Positions 9,496 through 17,830 are shown, counted from the first letter of the stretch. The stretch: DNA of 48,133 bases from Eubacteriales bacterium (GCA_045595425.1 JAZOAL010000083.1:1-48133); one strand, 5' to 3'. The notes: generated by a model from the letters alone, not told the origin. A program made the numbers and translations.

Positions 9496-9841
9496 CTCCC
9501 GAATCCTTTATCAGAAGAGCCAGACCTGCCGGTGCGCAAACTATCGAATCACCTGATCGTTTTGCCACCGGGCTCTTCATGCAGATACCGTTCGGGCACT
9601 CGGAGCTTTCGATATATGCGCCACCGTCCTCGATTCTGATCTTAACTTTGATACCACGCGAGATCAGCTCAATAATCTGATCCTCCGAAAGAGAATAAGC
9701 CTGCTCTCCTGCTTCACTGATCATATAAAGCTCCGTATTCTCATTTTCGCCGAAAAGCCTCGGAAAAAAGAGCAAAACAGCAATTATAACTGCCGCCGCG
9801 ATAAAGGTAATATCAAATCCTGTCAGTTTTTTCGATATCAT
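9464..9841 (-). CDS. NusG domain II-containing (DUF1312-like) membrane-anchored protein
   Basis: 125 aa with an N-terminal TM helix. The block CPNGICMKSPVAKRSGDSIVCAPAGLALLI resembles the CPxxxC...C-P signature of this family. It overlaps the next gene by 32 nt. Confidence 0.65.
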   Translation of the reverse strand: MISKKLTGFDITFIAAAVIIAVLLFFPRLFGENENTELYMISEAGEQAYSLSEDQIIELISRGIKVKIRIEDGGAYIESSECPNGICMKSPVAKRSGDSIVCAPAGLALLIKDSGGDADADAVAG

Positions 9842-9846
9842 AGCTA

Positions 9847-10386
9847 TTAGATATCAGAATCAAGATAAGCGCGCAGAACGCATATCTGAGTTTTCGCATC
9901 GGGAATCTGACCGCTCATCACCATTTCAACAAGTGTGCGGAGCGGTATACGTTCAATCTCAAGAAACTCATCCTCATCAGGGTGAGTTTTGCCGAAGGTC
10001 AAGCCCGTTGCAAGATACATATGAATCACTTCGGTAAAAATTGCGGGCGAAGGGTATAGCTTGCCGAGATATTTGAGATTTTTGCATCTTGCCCCCGTCT
10101 CCTCTTCAAGCTCTCTGAGAGCTGCCTCTCTGTGATCAAATTCCCCTTCTTCCAGCTTTCCTGCAGGTATCTCCAGCATTGCCTCACCATGTGCATAGCG
10201 GTATTGACGAACGCAAATCACATCACCGTCATCCGTCAAAGGCAGTACGCAGACCGCCCCCCGATGATGGACTATCTCACGAACTCCCTCCGCACCGTTC
10301 GGAAGCTTCACCTTGTCAACGCTAACTCTGATAACTCTGCCATCAAATACCTCCTCTGAGGATATTTTCTTTTCTTCAAAATTCAT
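9847..10386 (-). CDS. nudF: NUDIX hydrolase, ADP-ribose pyrophosphatase-like
   Basis: The Nudix box is GKLEEGEFDHREAALRELEEETG. The start is moved to ATG 10386 (MNFEEKK...), which is preceded by GAGGTG. The 205-aa track ORF (to 10464) would run into the repeat element. Confidence 0.8.
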   Translation of the reverse strand: MNFEEKKISSEEVFDGRVIRVSVDKVKLPNGAEGVREIVHHRGAVCVLPLTDDGDVICVRQYRYAHGEAMLEIPAGKLEEGEFDHREAALRELEEETGARCKNLKYLGKLYPSPAIFTEVIHMYLATGLTFGKTHPDEDEFLEIERIPLRTLVEMVMSGQIPDAKTQICVLRAYLDSDI

Positions 10387-10422
10387 TTCTGTCACCTCAA
10401 TTTTTCTTGTTAAAATCTCCAG

Positions 10423-10743
10423 ATAATAATTTATCGGGATGTGAAAGCAAACCCCATTTGTCATTCTGAACGAAATGAAGTGAAGAATCTCATAGGCAGT
10501 AAGTAACTTTTGGTCTATGAGATCCTTACGATGCTCGGGATGACTGTTTTTATTTGATTTGCAAACAATAATTTATCCTTGCCTCCGGTGGCTTAGGAGC
10601 TTTTGAAAAAGCCCCTAAGAACCCCAAAACTTTAAAAGAAAAAACCTTAATATTTAAAGTTTTTGGGATTCTAAAGACCTTTTTTCAAAAAGGTCTTTAG
10701 CGGGGCGTGGGGCTGCGCCCCATGCTGCTAAATTATTGTTTAC
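10423..10743. repeat. Composite copy (locus 1) of a TIR-bounded intergenic repeat family
   Basis: L-type ends are at 10423-10441 (ATAATAATTTATCGGGATG) and 10562-10577 (CAAACAATAATTTATC). The R-type end is at 10727-10743 (GCTAAATTATTGTTTAC). The interior is a long imperfect hairpin (10460-10544) plus four tandem hairpins (10592-10722). Confidence 0.75.
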
Positions 10744-10809
10744 AAAAACTCCGGAAATTATATTATTTATATATTATACAACATATTTTGAACAAAGTAA
10801 AGATATTAC

Positions 10810-10838
10810 TTGATTTATTCACGGAAATTTACTATAAT
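10810..10838 (+). promoter_or_regulatory. Putative sigma-A promoter of tcdA
   Basis: TTGATT (10810-10815), a 17-nt spacer, then TATAAT (10833-10838). This is 22 nt upstream of the ATG at 10861. Confidence 0.65.
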
Positions 10839-10860
10839 ATACAGTAAAGGGGTGATACAA

Positions 10861-11547
10861 ATGAACAAAGAAGAGCTTTCAAGACTGGCCATGGTCATAG
10901 GCGAGGAACAGTTAGAAAAGCTGAAAAGAAGCCGTATAGCCGTTTTCGGTGTCGGAGGGGTCGGGGGACACGTTTGTGAAGCACTGGTGCGGTGCGGAAT
11001 CGGGCATATTGTTATTTTTGACAACGATGTGGTCTCGCCCTCAAATCTTAACCGTCAGATAATCGCGCTTCATTCCACCATTGGTCAAAAGAAGGTTGAG
11101 GTTATGAAAAACAGACTGCTTGATATATCTCCCGAGCTTGAAATCATTACTCATGATGTTTTTTACGGTGCTGAAAACGCCGATGATTTTCCCCTCACAG
11201 AGTATGATTATATAGCCGACGCCATAGACTCGGTTCCGTCCAAATTGGAGCTGATACGCCGTGCGGCGGAAAGCGGCACTCCGATCATTTCTTCTATGGG
11301 TACGGGAGGCAAGCTTGACCCTTCAAGGCTTGAAATTTCAGACATATCAAAAACCGAATACTGCCCTCTTGCAAAAACCGTAAGAGCTGCACTCCGAAAA
11401 ATGGGGATTAACCACCTGCCCGTGGTTTTTTCCCGCGAAGAACCTAAAAAGACAGGCGAGCGCACCCCCGGCAGTACAGCCTTTGTTCCCGCGGCGGCAG
11501 GACTTCTCATGGCTTCAAAAATCATAAGGGATATTACAGCAGAATAG
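10861..11547 (+). CDS. tcdA: tRNA threonylcarbamoyladenosine dehydratase (ThiF/MoeB-family, TcdA/CsdL-like)
   Basis: The Rossmann motif is VFGVGGVGGHVCEALVRCG, with the NLNRQ block. The start is set at ATG 10861 behind AAAGGGGTG. The promoter lies inside the longer track ORF. Confidence 0.85.
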   Translation: MNKEELSRLAMVIGEEQLEKLKRSRIAVFGVGGVGGHVCEALVRCGIGHIVIFDNDVVSPSNLNRQIIALHSTIGQKKVEVMKNRLLDISPELEIITHDVFYGAENADDFPLTEYDYIADAIDSVPSKLELIRRAAESGTPIISSMGTGGKLDPSRLEISDISKTEYCPLAKTVRAALRKMGINHLPVVFSREEPKKTGERTPGSTAFVPAAAGLLMASKIIRDITAE

Positions 11548-11589
11548 AACGGAGGAACGGTTAATAACCGTTCCTCCGTTCTATTCTGC
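11539..11589. terminator. 51-nt perfect palindrome between convergent tcdA and dnaE (candidate bidirectional terminator)
   Basis: GCAGAATAGAACGGAGGAACGGTTA-A-TAACCGTTCCTCCGTTCTATTCTGC has 25-nt perfectly complementary arms. It includes the tcdA stop (11545-11547). There is no clear U-tract on either side. Confidence 0.6.
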
Positions 11590-11612
11590 AAATCCATCCG
11601 AAAACGATGGCT

Positions 11613-14600
11613 TTATTTATAAACAACATTGTCATTTCCGATGAGCAGCTTAAGCTCGCGCAGTAGGAAATCGTCAACATTTGCCCCACAACTGTAGGTA
11701 ACATATTTTGAAGATGACGAATCATAGAAAACCACCGGCGTATTGCCATCGAAAATGTCAATGAGATTTGCGGCTTTGAGATATGCCGCACATTCAAGAT
11801 CCGGAACTCTCAAAAAAAGTCGGCGAACATTCGGCGTATCCTTATCTTTATCCCGAGTTTTTTCGGGCTTCTCCTTGATCGCGGAAGATATTATATTATC
11901 TTTCTGCCCCTCATAAGATTCATTTTCAACAAGGAGGGTAAGACGGGACACTATGATCTTCGGCTTCTCGTCCTCACGAAGCGATAGAGTTCCTTCAACC
12001 GCTAAAGCTTCATCTTCTCGGATAAGGGGTGCCATAGACGAATATTGCTTTGTGAAAACGATACATTCAAGCTCGGCAAAGCGGTCTGAAATATTAAAGA
12101 ACGCCATCGTTTCTCCGCTCTTTGTTGTTTTTCTGGTAAAGGATGAGACTATTCCCGCGATCTTTACCCTCTGCCTGTCCTTAAAAGAGGAGGCTTCGGG
12201 TATATCAACATCGGTTTCTTCATCCTCGGCAATGGCGGCGATCTCCGCCATTGAGGTCACGCCAAGATCAGCAACATGCTTTGAAAAGCTGTCGAGCAGA
12301 TGACCCGAAAAATACATGCCCATACATTCCCTCTCCAGCAGCAGAAGCTCGCGCATAGAGTATTCGGGTATATCCGGATAGGAATATGCAGGAGCTATCT
12401 CAAAGGAAGCGGAGGAAAACATATCAAGCTGACCTTCGATATTGTTGCGGCTCTTATTCTGCAGAGTGCCGAGGATAGTATCATAGCTTGCCATGAGACG
12501 GCTTCGGCTGATACCGAGGCTGTCAAAGCAGCCGGCTTTGATCAAGGTCTCAACCTGCCTGCGATTCAGCTCCGAGCCGCTCATTCTCTCGGCAAAATCA
12601 TCGAAAGATTTAAAGGACTTATGTGCGCGCTCTTTTATTATCGCCTGCACAAACTGTCTGCCGATATTTTTGAGTATAAGACCGAAGCGGATATTCTTAC
12701 CGATAACGTGAAAACCCACTTGACTTTCATTTATATCAGGGGGAAGAACATTTATCCCCTGCTTACCGCAATCGGAGATATATTCCGCGATCTTTGCAGG
12801 GTTTCCGGACACAGAATTGAGCAAAGCCGCCATATACTCTCGCGGATAATGGGCTTTTAGATATGCGGTTCTGTAGGATATCATAGCATATGCCGCCGCA
12901 TGGCTCTTATTGAAGGCATAATTTGCAAAGCTCGCCATCTCTTCAAAAAGCTCTGAAGCGGCATTCTCGTCTATACCCTTTTCAACAGCACCCGAAACAA
13001 AGCTTTCCTTCTCCGCCGCCAGCACAGAAGCTTTTTTCTTTGACATCGCGCGGCGGACTACATCTGCATGACCGTAGCTGTACCCCGCGACCTCACGGCA
13101 GATGCTCATGACCTGCTCCTGATAGACTACACAGCCGTATGTGGATCTGAGTATCGGTTCAAGGCAAGGAAGCTTATATTCAACCTTTTTCGGATCATGG
13201 CGACATTCAATATATTTAGGTATCGAATCCATAGGACCGGGGCGATAAAGAGCGATAGCCGCGATTATATCCTCTATCGTGCTCGGGCAAAGATTTTGGA
13301 GCATCGTTCTCATGCCGCCGCTTTCAAGCTGAAAGATTCCCTTTGTCTGTCCCTTTGATATCAGCTCATAGGTCTCAGCATCGTCAAGCGGAAGCTTTTC
13401 AATATCAAAATCCGGCTCGCTTTCCTTGATCTGCAGGCTTGCATCCTCGATTATCGTCAGATAACGCAAAGCCAGAAAATCGAATTTCAAAAGTCCAAGG
13501 GCGGCAACGGTATCCATATCATACTGCGTCACAACAGCACCCTTGCTTTGCGCCAGAGGTACATAGCTCCAAAGAGGCTTATCTGTTATAACTATTCCTG
13601 CCGCGTGTATCGAGACATTTCTGGGCATCCCCTCAATGGCGATAGCGGTATCAATCAGACGCTTTACGCTCTCCGAGCCATTATACAAAGCCTTGAGCTC
13701 GGGAAGCTTAAGAGCATTTTCAAGAGTTATATTAAGCTCATGTGGAATCAGCTTTGCAACAGCATCGACCTCGGAATAAGACATTCCGAGAGCCCTTCCG
13801 ACATCTCTGACAGCCGCTCTTGCCGCAAGAGTACCGAAGGTGATTATCTGTGAAACATGGTCTCTGCCGTATTTTTCCGCCACATAATCTATAACCTCAT
13901 CTCGTCGGTTATAGCAAAAATCCACATCGATATCAGGCATGCTGACGCGCTCGGGATTCAAAAAACGCTCAAACAGCAGATCAAATTTTATGGGATCAAT
14001 ACCCGTTATGCCAACAAGATATGCAACAAGGCTTCCCGCTCCCGAGCCTCTCCCGGGACCTACTGGTATATGCTTGCTTTTTGCATAATTTATATAGTCG
14101 GCAACAATAAGAAAATATTCGGAATAGCCCATACTTTCTATAACGGAAAGCTCATAAGCCATCCTCTCGCGGTATTCCTCCTCCGTATGTCCGTTTTCTC
14201 CGAAAACTATGTGACCAAGATCGATCTCACGGCGAAGTCCATCTTCCGCAAGGCGTGAAAGATAATCTTTCGGAGCACTTCGGTCGGGAGTTTTGAAGGT
14301 CGGGAGATATAAATGGTCAAAATCAAAATCGAAATTGCACTGATCGGCTATCTTCACAGTGTTCGCAAGTGCTCCCTCGTATTTCCCGAAAAGAGCCCTC
14401 ATTTCATCGGTGTTTTTCAGATAAAACTCGTCGGTCTCAAAGCCTGTTTTCACATCGTCATCAACAGTTGTATTCATTTGAACGCACATGAGCACCTTCT
14501 GCGTTGAAGCATCTTTGCGGCGCAGATAATGAACATCATTGGTTGCAACAAGCCCGATCTCGCAATCCTCCGCTATCCGAAGCAGCTTTGGCAGTATTTC

Positions 14601-15158
14601 AAGCTGTTCGCTCATGCCATGATTCTGCAGCTCAATATAATAATCCTCTCCGAAAAGCTCCTTCATCTCGGCGGCATGAGATTTTGCCGCCTCGTAATCA
14701 CCTTGAAGAAGCAGACGCGGAATTTTTCCCGCAAGACATGCGGAAAGGGCAATTAGTCCTTCATGGTGATCCCTCAAAAGCTCCATATCGATTCTGGGCT
14801 TTGAAAAAAATCCCTCTGTATATCCCTTTGAGACCAGATAGATCAGATTCCTGTATCCGATTTCATTTTTGCAGAGAAGCACAAGATGGTTATATGCTCC
14901 GTCGTTTACCGAATTTACCTTATCAAAACGGGATTTCGGTGCAACATATACCTCACATCCGATGATAGGCTTTACAGAAGCAGCTTTGCAGGCGCGGTAA
15001 AACGCCACGGCACCGTACATATTGCCATGGTCTGTCAGTGCTACCGCGCTTTGACCGCACTCCTTTACCCTCTCGGGTATCTCCTTTATACGGCAAGCGC
15101 CGTCAAGTAAGCTGTATTCACTGTGAAGATGAAGATGAACAAATTCTCCTCCCATCAT
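11613..15158 (-). CDS. dnaE: DNA polymerase III alpha subunit (DnaE type)
   Basis: 1181 aa. It has the PHP domain start VHLHLHSEYSLLDG, the polymerase core (PDIDVDF, FNKSHAAAY) and a C-terminal OB-like region. Confidence 0.96.
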   Translation of the reverse strand: MMGGEFVHLHLHSEYSLLDGACRIKEIPERVKECGQSAVALTDHGNMYGAVAFYRACKAASVKPIIGCEVYVAPKSRFDKVNSVNDGAYNHLVLLCKNEIGYRNLIYLVSKGYTEGFFSKPRIDMELLRDHHEGLIALSACLAGKIPRLLLQGDYEAAKSHAAEMKELFGEDYYIELQNHGMSEQLEILPKLLRIAEDCEIGLVATNDVHYLRRKDASTQKVLMCVQMNTTVDDDVKTGFETDEFYLKNTDEMRALFGKYEGALANTVKIADQCNFDFDFDHLYLPTFKTPDRSAPKDYLSRLAEDGLRREIDLGHIVFGENGHTEEEYRERMAYELSVIESMGYSEYFLIVADYINYAKSKHIPVGPGRGSGAGSLVAYLVGITGIDPIKFDLLFERFLNPERVSMPDIDVDFCYNRRDEVIDYVAEKYGRDHVSQIITFGTLAARAAVRDVGRALGMSYSEVDAVAKLIPHELNITLENALKLPELKALYNGSESVKRLIDTAIAIEGMPRNVSIHAAGIVITDKPLWSYVPLAQSKGAVVTQYDMDTVAALGLLKFDFLALRYLTIIEDASLQIKESEPDFDIEKLPLDDAETYELISKGQTKGIFQLESGGMRTMLQNLCPSTIEDIIAAIALYRPGPMDSIPKYIECRHDPKKVEYKLPCLEPILRSTYGCVVYQEQVMSICREVAGYSYGHADVVRRAMSKKKASVLAAEKESFVSGAVEKGIDENAASELFEEMASFANYAFNKSHAAAYAMISYRTAYLKAHYPREYMAALLNSVSGNPAKIAEYISDCGKQGINVLPPDINESQVGFHVIGKNIRFGLILKNIGRQFVQAIIKERAHKSFKSFDDFAERMSGSELNRRQVETLIKAGCFDSLGISRSRLMASYDTILGTLQNKSRNNIEGQLDMFSSASFEIAPAYSYPDIPEYSMRELLLLERECMGMYFSGHLLDSFSKHVADLGVTSMAEIAAIAEDEETDVDIPEASSFKDRQRVKIAGIVSSFTRKTTKSGETMAFFNISDRFAELECIVFTKQYSSMAPLIREDEALAVEGTLSLREDEKPKIIVSRLTLLVENESYEGQKDNIISSAIKEKPEKTRDKDKDTPNVRRLFLRVPDLECAAYLKAANLIDIFDGNTPVVFYDSSSSKYVTYSCGANVDDFLLRELKLLIGNDNVVYK

Positions 15159-15166
15159 GTAGCTCC

Positions 15167-16060
15167 TTAATTCTTTCCGATATCCTCGGCAAATTTCTTG
15201 ATTTTTATAAATCGGTGGTTAAGCCCGGATTTCGACAGAGGCGGTGAAAACATCGAACACATTTCCGAAAGTGAGGCTTCTGGGTGTTCTTCTCTGAGGC
15301 GTGCAGTCTCGCGCAGATCATCGGGCAAAGCCGCAAGAAGCCCTGCCGACTCAAGTTTTCTGATAGCGGCAATTATCTCCTGCGAGGCGCTTACCGCCTT
15401 TAAGATATTTCCCGTTTCGCAGTTTGCTCTGCGGTTAGTATCATTGCGTATCTCGCGCAATATCTTATCGTTCATACATTCAAAAAGCATTTTTGATGCA
15501 CCGAGATATGTCAGAATATCTTCTATCGATCCGCTCTCTTTAAAATAAAGTCCAACACCACCGCGTCGATCTGCGATCTTTGCCTCAAAGCCCACTTCTC
15601 TGAGCTCCTCAAAAAGCAGCTTTGCCCTCTGCGCATTTTTTACGGTAAATTCAAGATGATAAGACTTCATGGGGTCGCTGACATTTGCCGCCGCAAGAAA
15701 AGCTCCTCGCAAAAAATGTACCCTGCAATTTTCACAGCGAAAGCCTAAGATCTCCCGAAGCGATCCTTCCCCGCTGAGCTTTCCGAGCAATTCCACAGCA
15801 GAACGGGAGGTAAAAGACAGAACATGCCGATTGCGTCCCATTCTTTTTCGCTCATAAAGCTCGGGGGTTTTTCCGAACTGCTCCTTTACCGCGCTTAAAG
15901 CATCGTCTTTCACAGAGTCATGCTCCGTTTCAAACACGATAGTCCCATCATCCGAAGGAACCGAATTTATAAGCAGTCCATATGCAAATGCCTTTTTACA
16001 GCAGGTGAGTTTTCTCGCCTGAAGAGCAAGCTCCGCCTTTACATTCCCGGAAAATGACAT
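15167..16060 (-). CDS. whiA: DNA-binding protein WhiA
   Basis: 297 aa. It has the N-terminus MSFSGNVKAELA and a C-terminal HTH region (LSEMCSMFSPPLSKSGLNHRFIKI), typical of Gram-positive WhiA. Confidence 0.9.
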   Translation of the reverse strand: MSFSGNVKAELALQARKLTCCKKAFAYGLLINSVPSDDGTIVFETEHDSVKDDALSAVKEQFGKTPELYERKRMGRNRHVLSFTSRSAVELLGKLSGEGSLREILGFRCENCRVHFLRGAFLAAANVSDPMKSYHLEFTVKNAQRAKLLFEELREVGFEAKIADRRGGVGLYFKESGSIEDILTYLGASKMLFECMNDKILREIRNDTNRRANCETGNILKAVSASQEIIAAIRKLESAGLLAALPDDLRETARLREEHPEASLSEMCSMFSPPLSKSGLNHRFIKIKKFAEDIGKN

Positions 16061-16062
16061 TG

Positions 16063-16998
16063 TTACACTTCTCCAACAAAACGTATTTCACATTCAATAT
16101 CTATACCGCGTTCGCGTTTTATAACATTTTTTATGTGAGAAATAAGCTCAAGCACATCAGCGGCAGTTGCTCCGCCGCGGTTGATAACAAATCCCGCATG
16201 CTTTTCTGATACCTGTGCTCCGCCAACGGTATATCCCTTAAGACCGCATTCATCTATAAGCTGTGCTGTGAAAAAACCGGGATAACGCTTAAAGGTGCTT
16301 CCGGCACTTGGAAATTCAAGGGGCTGTTTTTCCGCTCTGCGGCGAAGAAGGTCATCACATTCCGCCTTTATCTCTTCGCTTCTGCCCCTCTCCAAAGCGA
16401 AATCGGCAGAAAGAATCACCCTTTCGGGATGCTCCATATATGAAGAATGACGATATCCAAAATCATGCTCGGATGCCGAAAGCTCACATATTTTTCCCGT
16501 TCCCGTGTCATAATATCGAGAGGCGGAAAGAATATCGGATATCTCGCCTCCGTAAGCACCGGCGTTCATAAAAACTCCGCCTCCGACAGTTCCCGGAATG
16601 CCGCACATAAAGCGCATGCCGTCAAGGGCTTCTCTCTGTGCTTTTGAGGAGAGGATCGGTAGGGTCACGCCGCTTCCCGCTCTTAAAAGTGTGCCGTTTA
16701 TCTCTACATCCTTAAGACCTAACGTTGTTATAACAACTCCGCGAAAGCCCTTGTCGGAAAAAAGTATATTGCTGGCACTACCTATAACTGTAAATGGTAT
16801 TCCGCTATTATTTGCCGCTTCAATAAGAGCCGTGAAGCTCTCTTCATCGGCAGGTCTCGCAAAAAAATCAGCCTTTCCACCGATGCGGAAGGTTGAATGT
16901 GCTGATAGAGGCTCATTCTCCGACCACAATTCATCGGATAATATATCTTTTATAACCTCGGAAAAATCTGACATATCCACCTCAAAATCATTCGCCAA
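16063..16998 (-). CDS. murB: UDP-N-acetylenolpyruvoylglucosamine reductase
   Basis: 311 aa. It has the FAD-binding block HSTFRIGGKADFF, and also GAGSGVTL, AGSTFKRYPG and GGAQVSEKHAGFVIN. Confidence 0.93.
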   Translation of the reverse strand: MANDFEVDMSDFSEVIKDILSDELWSENEPLSAHSTFRIGGKADFFARPADEESFTALIEAANNSGIPFTVIGSASNILFSDKGFRGVVITTLGLKDVEINGTLLRAGSGVTLPILSSKAQREALDGMRFMCGIPGTVGGGVFMNAGAYGGEISDILSASRYYDTGTGKICELSASEHDFGYRHSSYMEHPERVILSADFALERGRSEEIKAECDDLLRRRAEKQPLEFPSAGSTFKRYPGFFTAQLIDECGLKGYTVGGAQVSEKHAGFVINRGGATAADVLELISHIKNVIKRERGIDIECEIRFVGEV

Positions 16999-17680
16999 AT
17001 ATTATTTCTTCAAGCTCCGAAAGCTGTTTTATGCAGTATTTAATCTTGCTTCCGTCGGGTATTCCCCTGCCCTTCGGGGTAAAATAACAGCAGTCAATAC
17101 CCGCTCCTATACCGCCCTTCATATCGGAGGTCATCGAGTCTCCCACAACAAGGGTTCGGGAAGCATCATAATCGGGAATCCTCTCCGCGACATATTCAAA
17201 AAAATGAATATTCGGCTTCTCGTAACCGACCTCCTCGGAGATAAAGAGCTCGCGAAAATATTCACCGATAGGCGAAAGCGAAAATCTGTTTCTCTGAACA
17301 TATCCGATACCGTTTGTTATGATATAAAGTCGGCATTTCTCCGAAAGCTTTTTAACGATCCGGAGTGCGCCGTCAATGAGAAAATGCTGCTCCGACAAGA
17401 GATCTGTGTAATCAAGAGAAAGCTTGCCGAAATCGCAATCAAAGCCCTTCAGCTTTCCGAAAATCTCAAATCTTTTAACTCGCAAGGTCTCCTTATCAAC
17501 CTCTCCGCGCTCAAGTGCCTTCCAGAGCGAATCGTTTATCGCACTGTATTCATTAACATCGGCTTCGGAAAGCTCATATCCGTATTTACGGCAAGCAAGA
17601 AGAAGTGCTTCGCGCTCACCTCTCAAAAAATCAAAAAGCGTGCCGTCGGCATCAAAAAGTATAGTATCGTATTTCTGCAT
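16988..17680 (-). CDS. HAD-superfamily hydrolase (YjjG-like nucleotidase family)
   Basis: HAD motif I is ILFDADGTLFDF, and LVVGDSMTSDMKGG is also present. The start is set at ATG 17680 (MQKYDT...) because a good promoter (17709-17737) lies inside the longer track ORF. Confidence 0.8.
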   Translation of the reverse strand: MQKYDTILFDADGTLFDFLRGEREALLLACRKYGYELSEADVNEYSAINDSLWKALERGEVDKETLRVKRFEIFGKLKGFDCDFGKLSLDYTDLLSEQHFLIDGALRIVKKLSEKCRLYIITNGIGYVQRNRFSLSPIGEYFRELFISEEVGYEKPNIHFFEYVAERIPDYDASRTLVVGDSMTSDMKGGIGAGIDCCYFTPKGRGIPDGSKIKYCIKQLSELEEIIFGE

Positions 17681-17708
17681 ATCAAACCTCACATACTCTT
17701 TTGAATAT

Positions 17709-17737
17709 ATTATACCACCCATCTCGGAGAAGTTCAA
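17709..17737 (-). promoter_or_regulatory. Putative sigma-A promoter of the HAD-murB-whiA-dnaE string
   Basis: The minus strand reads TTGAAC (17737-17732), a 17-nt spacer, then TATAAT (17714-17709). Confidence 0.6.
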
Positions 17738-17758
17738 GGGAAAATTATCAAATAACTC

Positions 17759-17787
17759 TTGTAAAACAGAAAAAAATATTGTATAAT
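17759..17787 (+). promoter_or_regulatory. Putative sigma-A promoter of the oxidoreductase-coaE operon
   Basis: TTGTAA (17759-17764), a 17-nt spacer, then TATAAT (17782-17787). It is divergent from the HAD promoter. Confidence 0.6.
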
Positions 17788-17830
17788 ATATTATATTATG
17801 CTGGAATCATATGCCAAAAAGGAGGTAAAT

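Noticed and set aside
9847-10464. Longer N-terminal extensions offered by the ORF track for several genes: nudF-like to 10464, tcdA from 10810, HAD to 17737, oxidoreductase from 17798, coaE from 18966, SBP from 30085, ABC ATPase from 31939
   Set aside because: In each case an internal ATG is preceded by a good Shine-Dalgarno sequence. The extension overlaps a promoter, a repeat element or the upstream gene, and the extended residues are not protein-like.
16598-17704. 368-aa plus-strand ORF spanning the murB and HAD genes in antisense
   Set aside because: It is a shadow ORF opposite two well-supported genes. The translation is low-complexity (Ser/Lys/Ile-rich) with no motifs, no RBS and no promoter, and it crosses a gene boundary.
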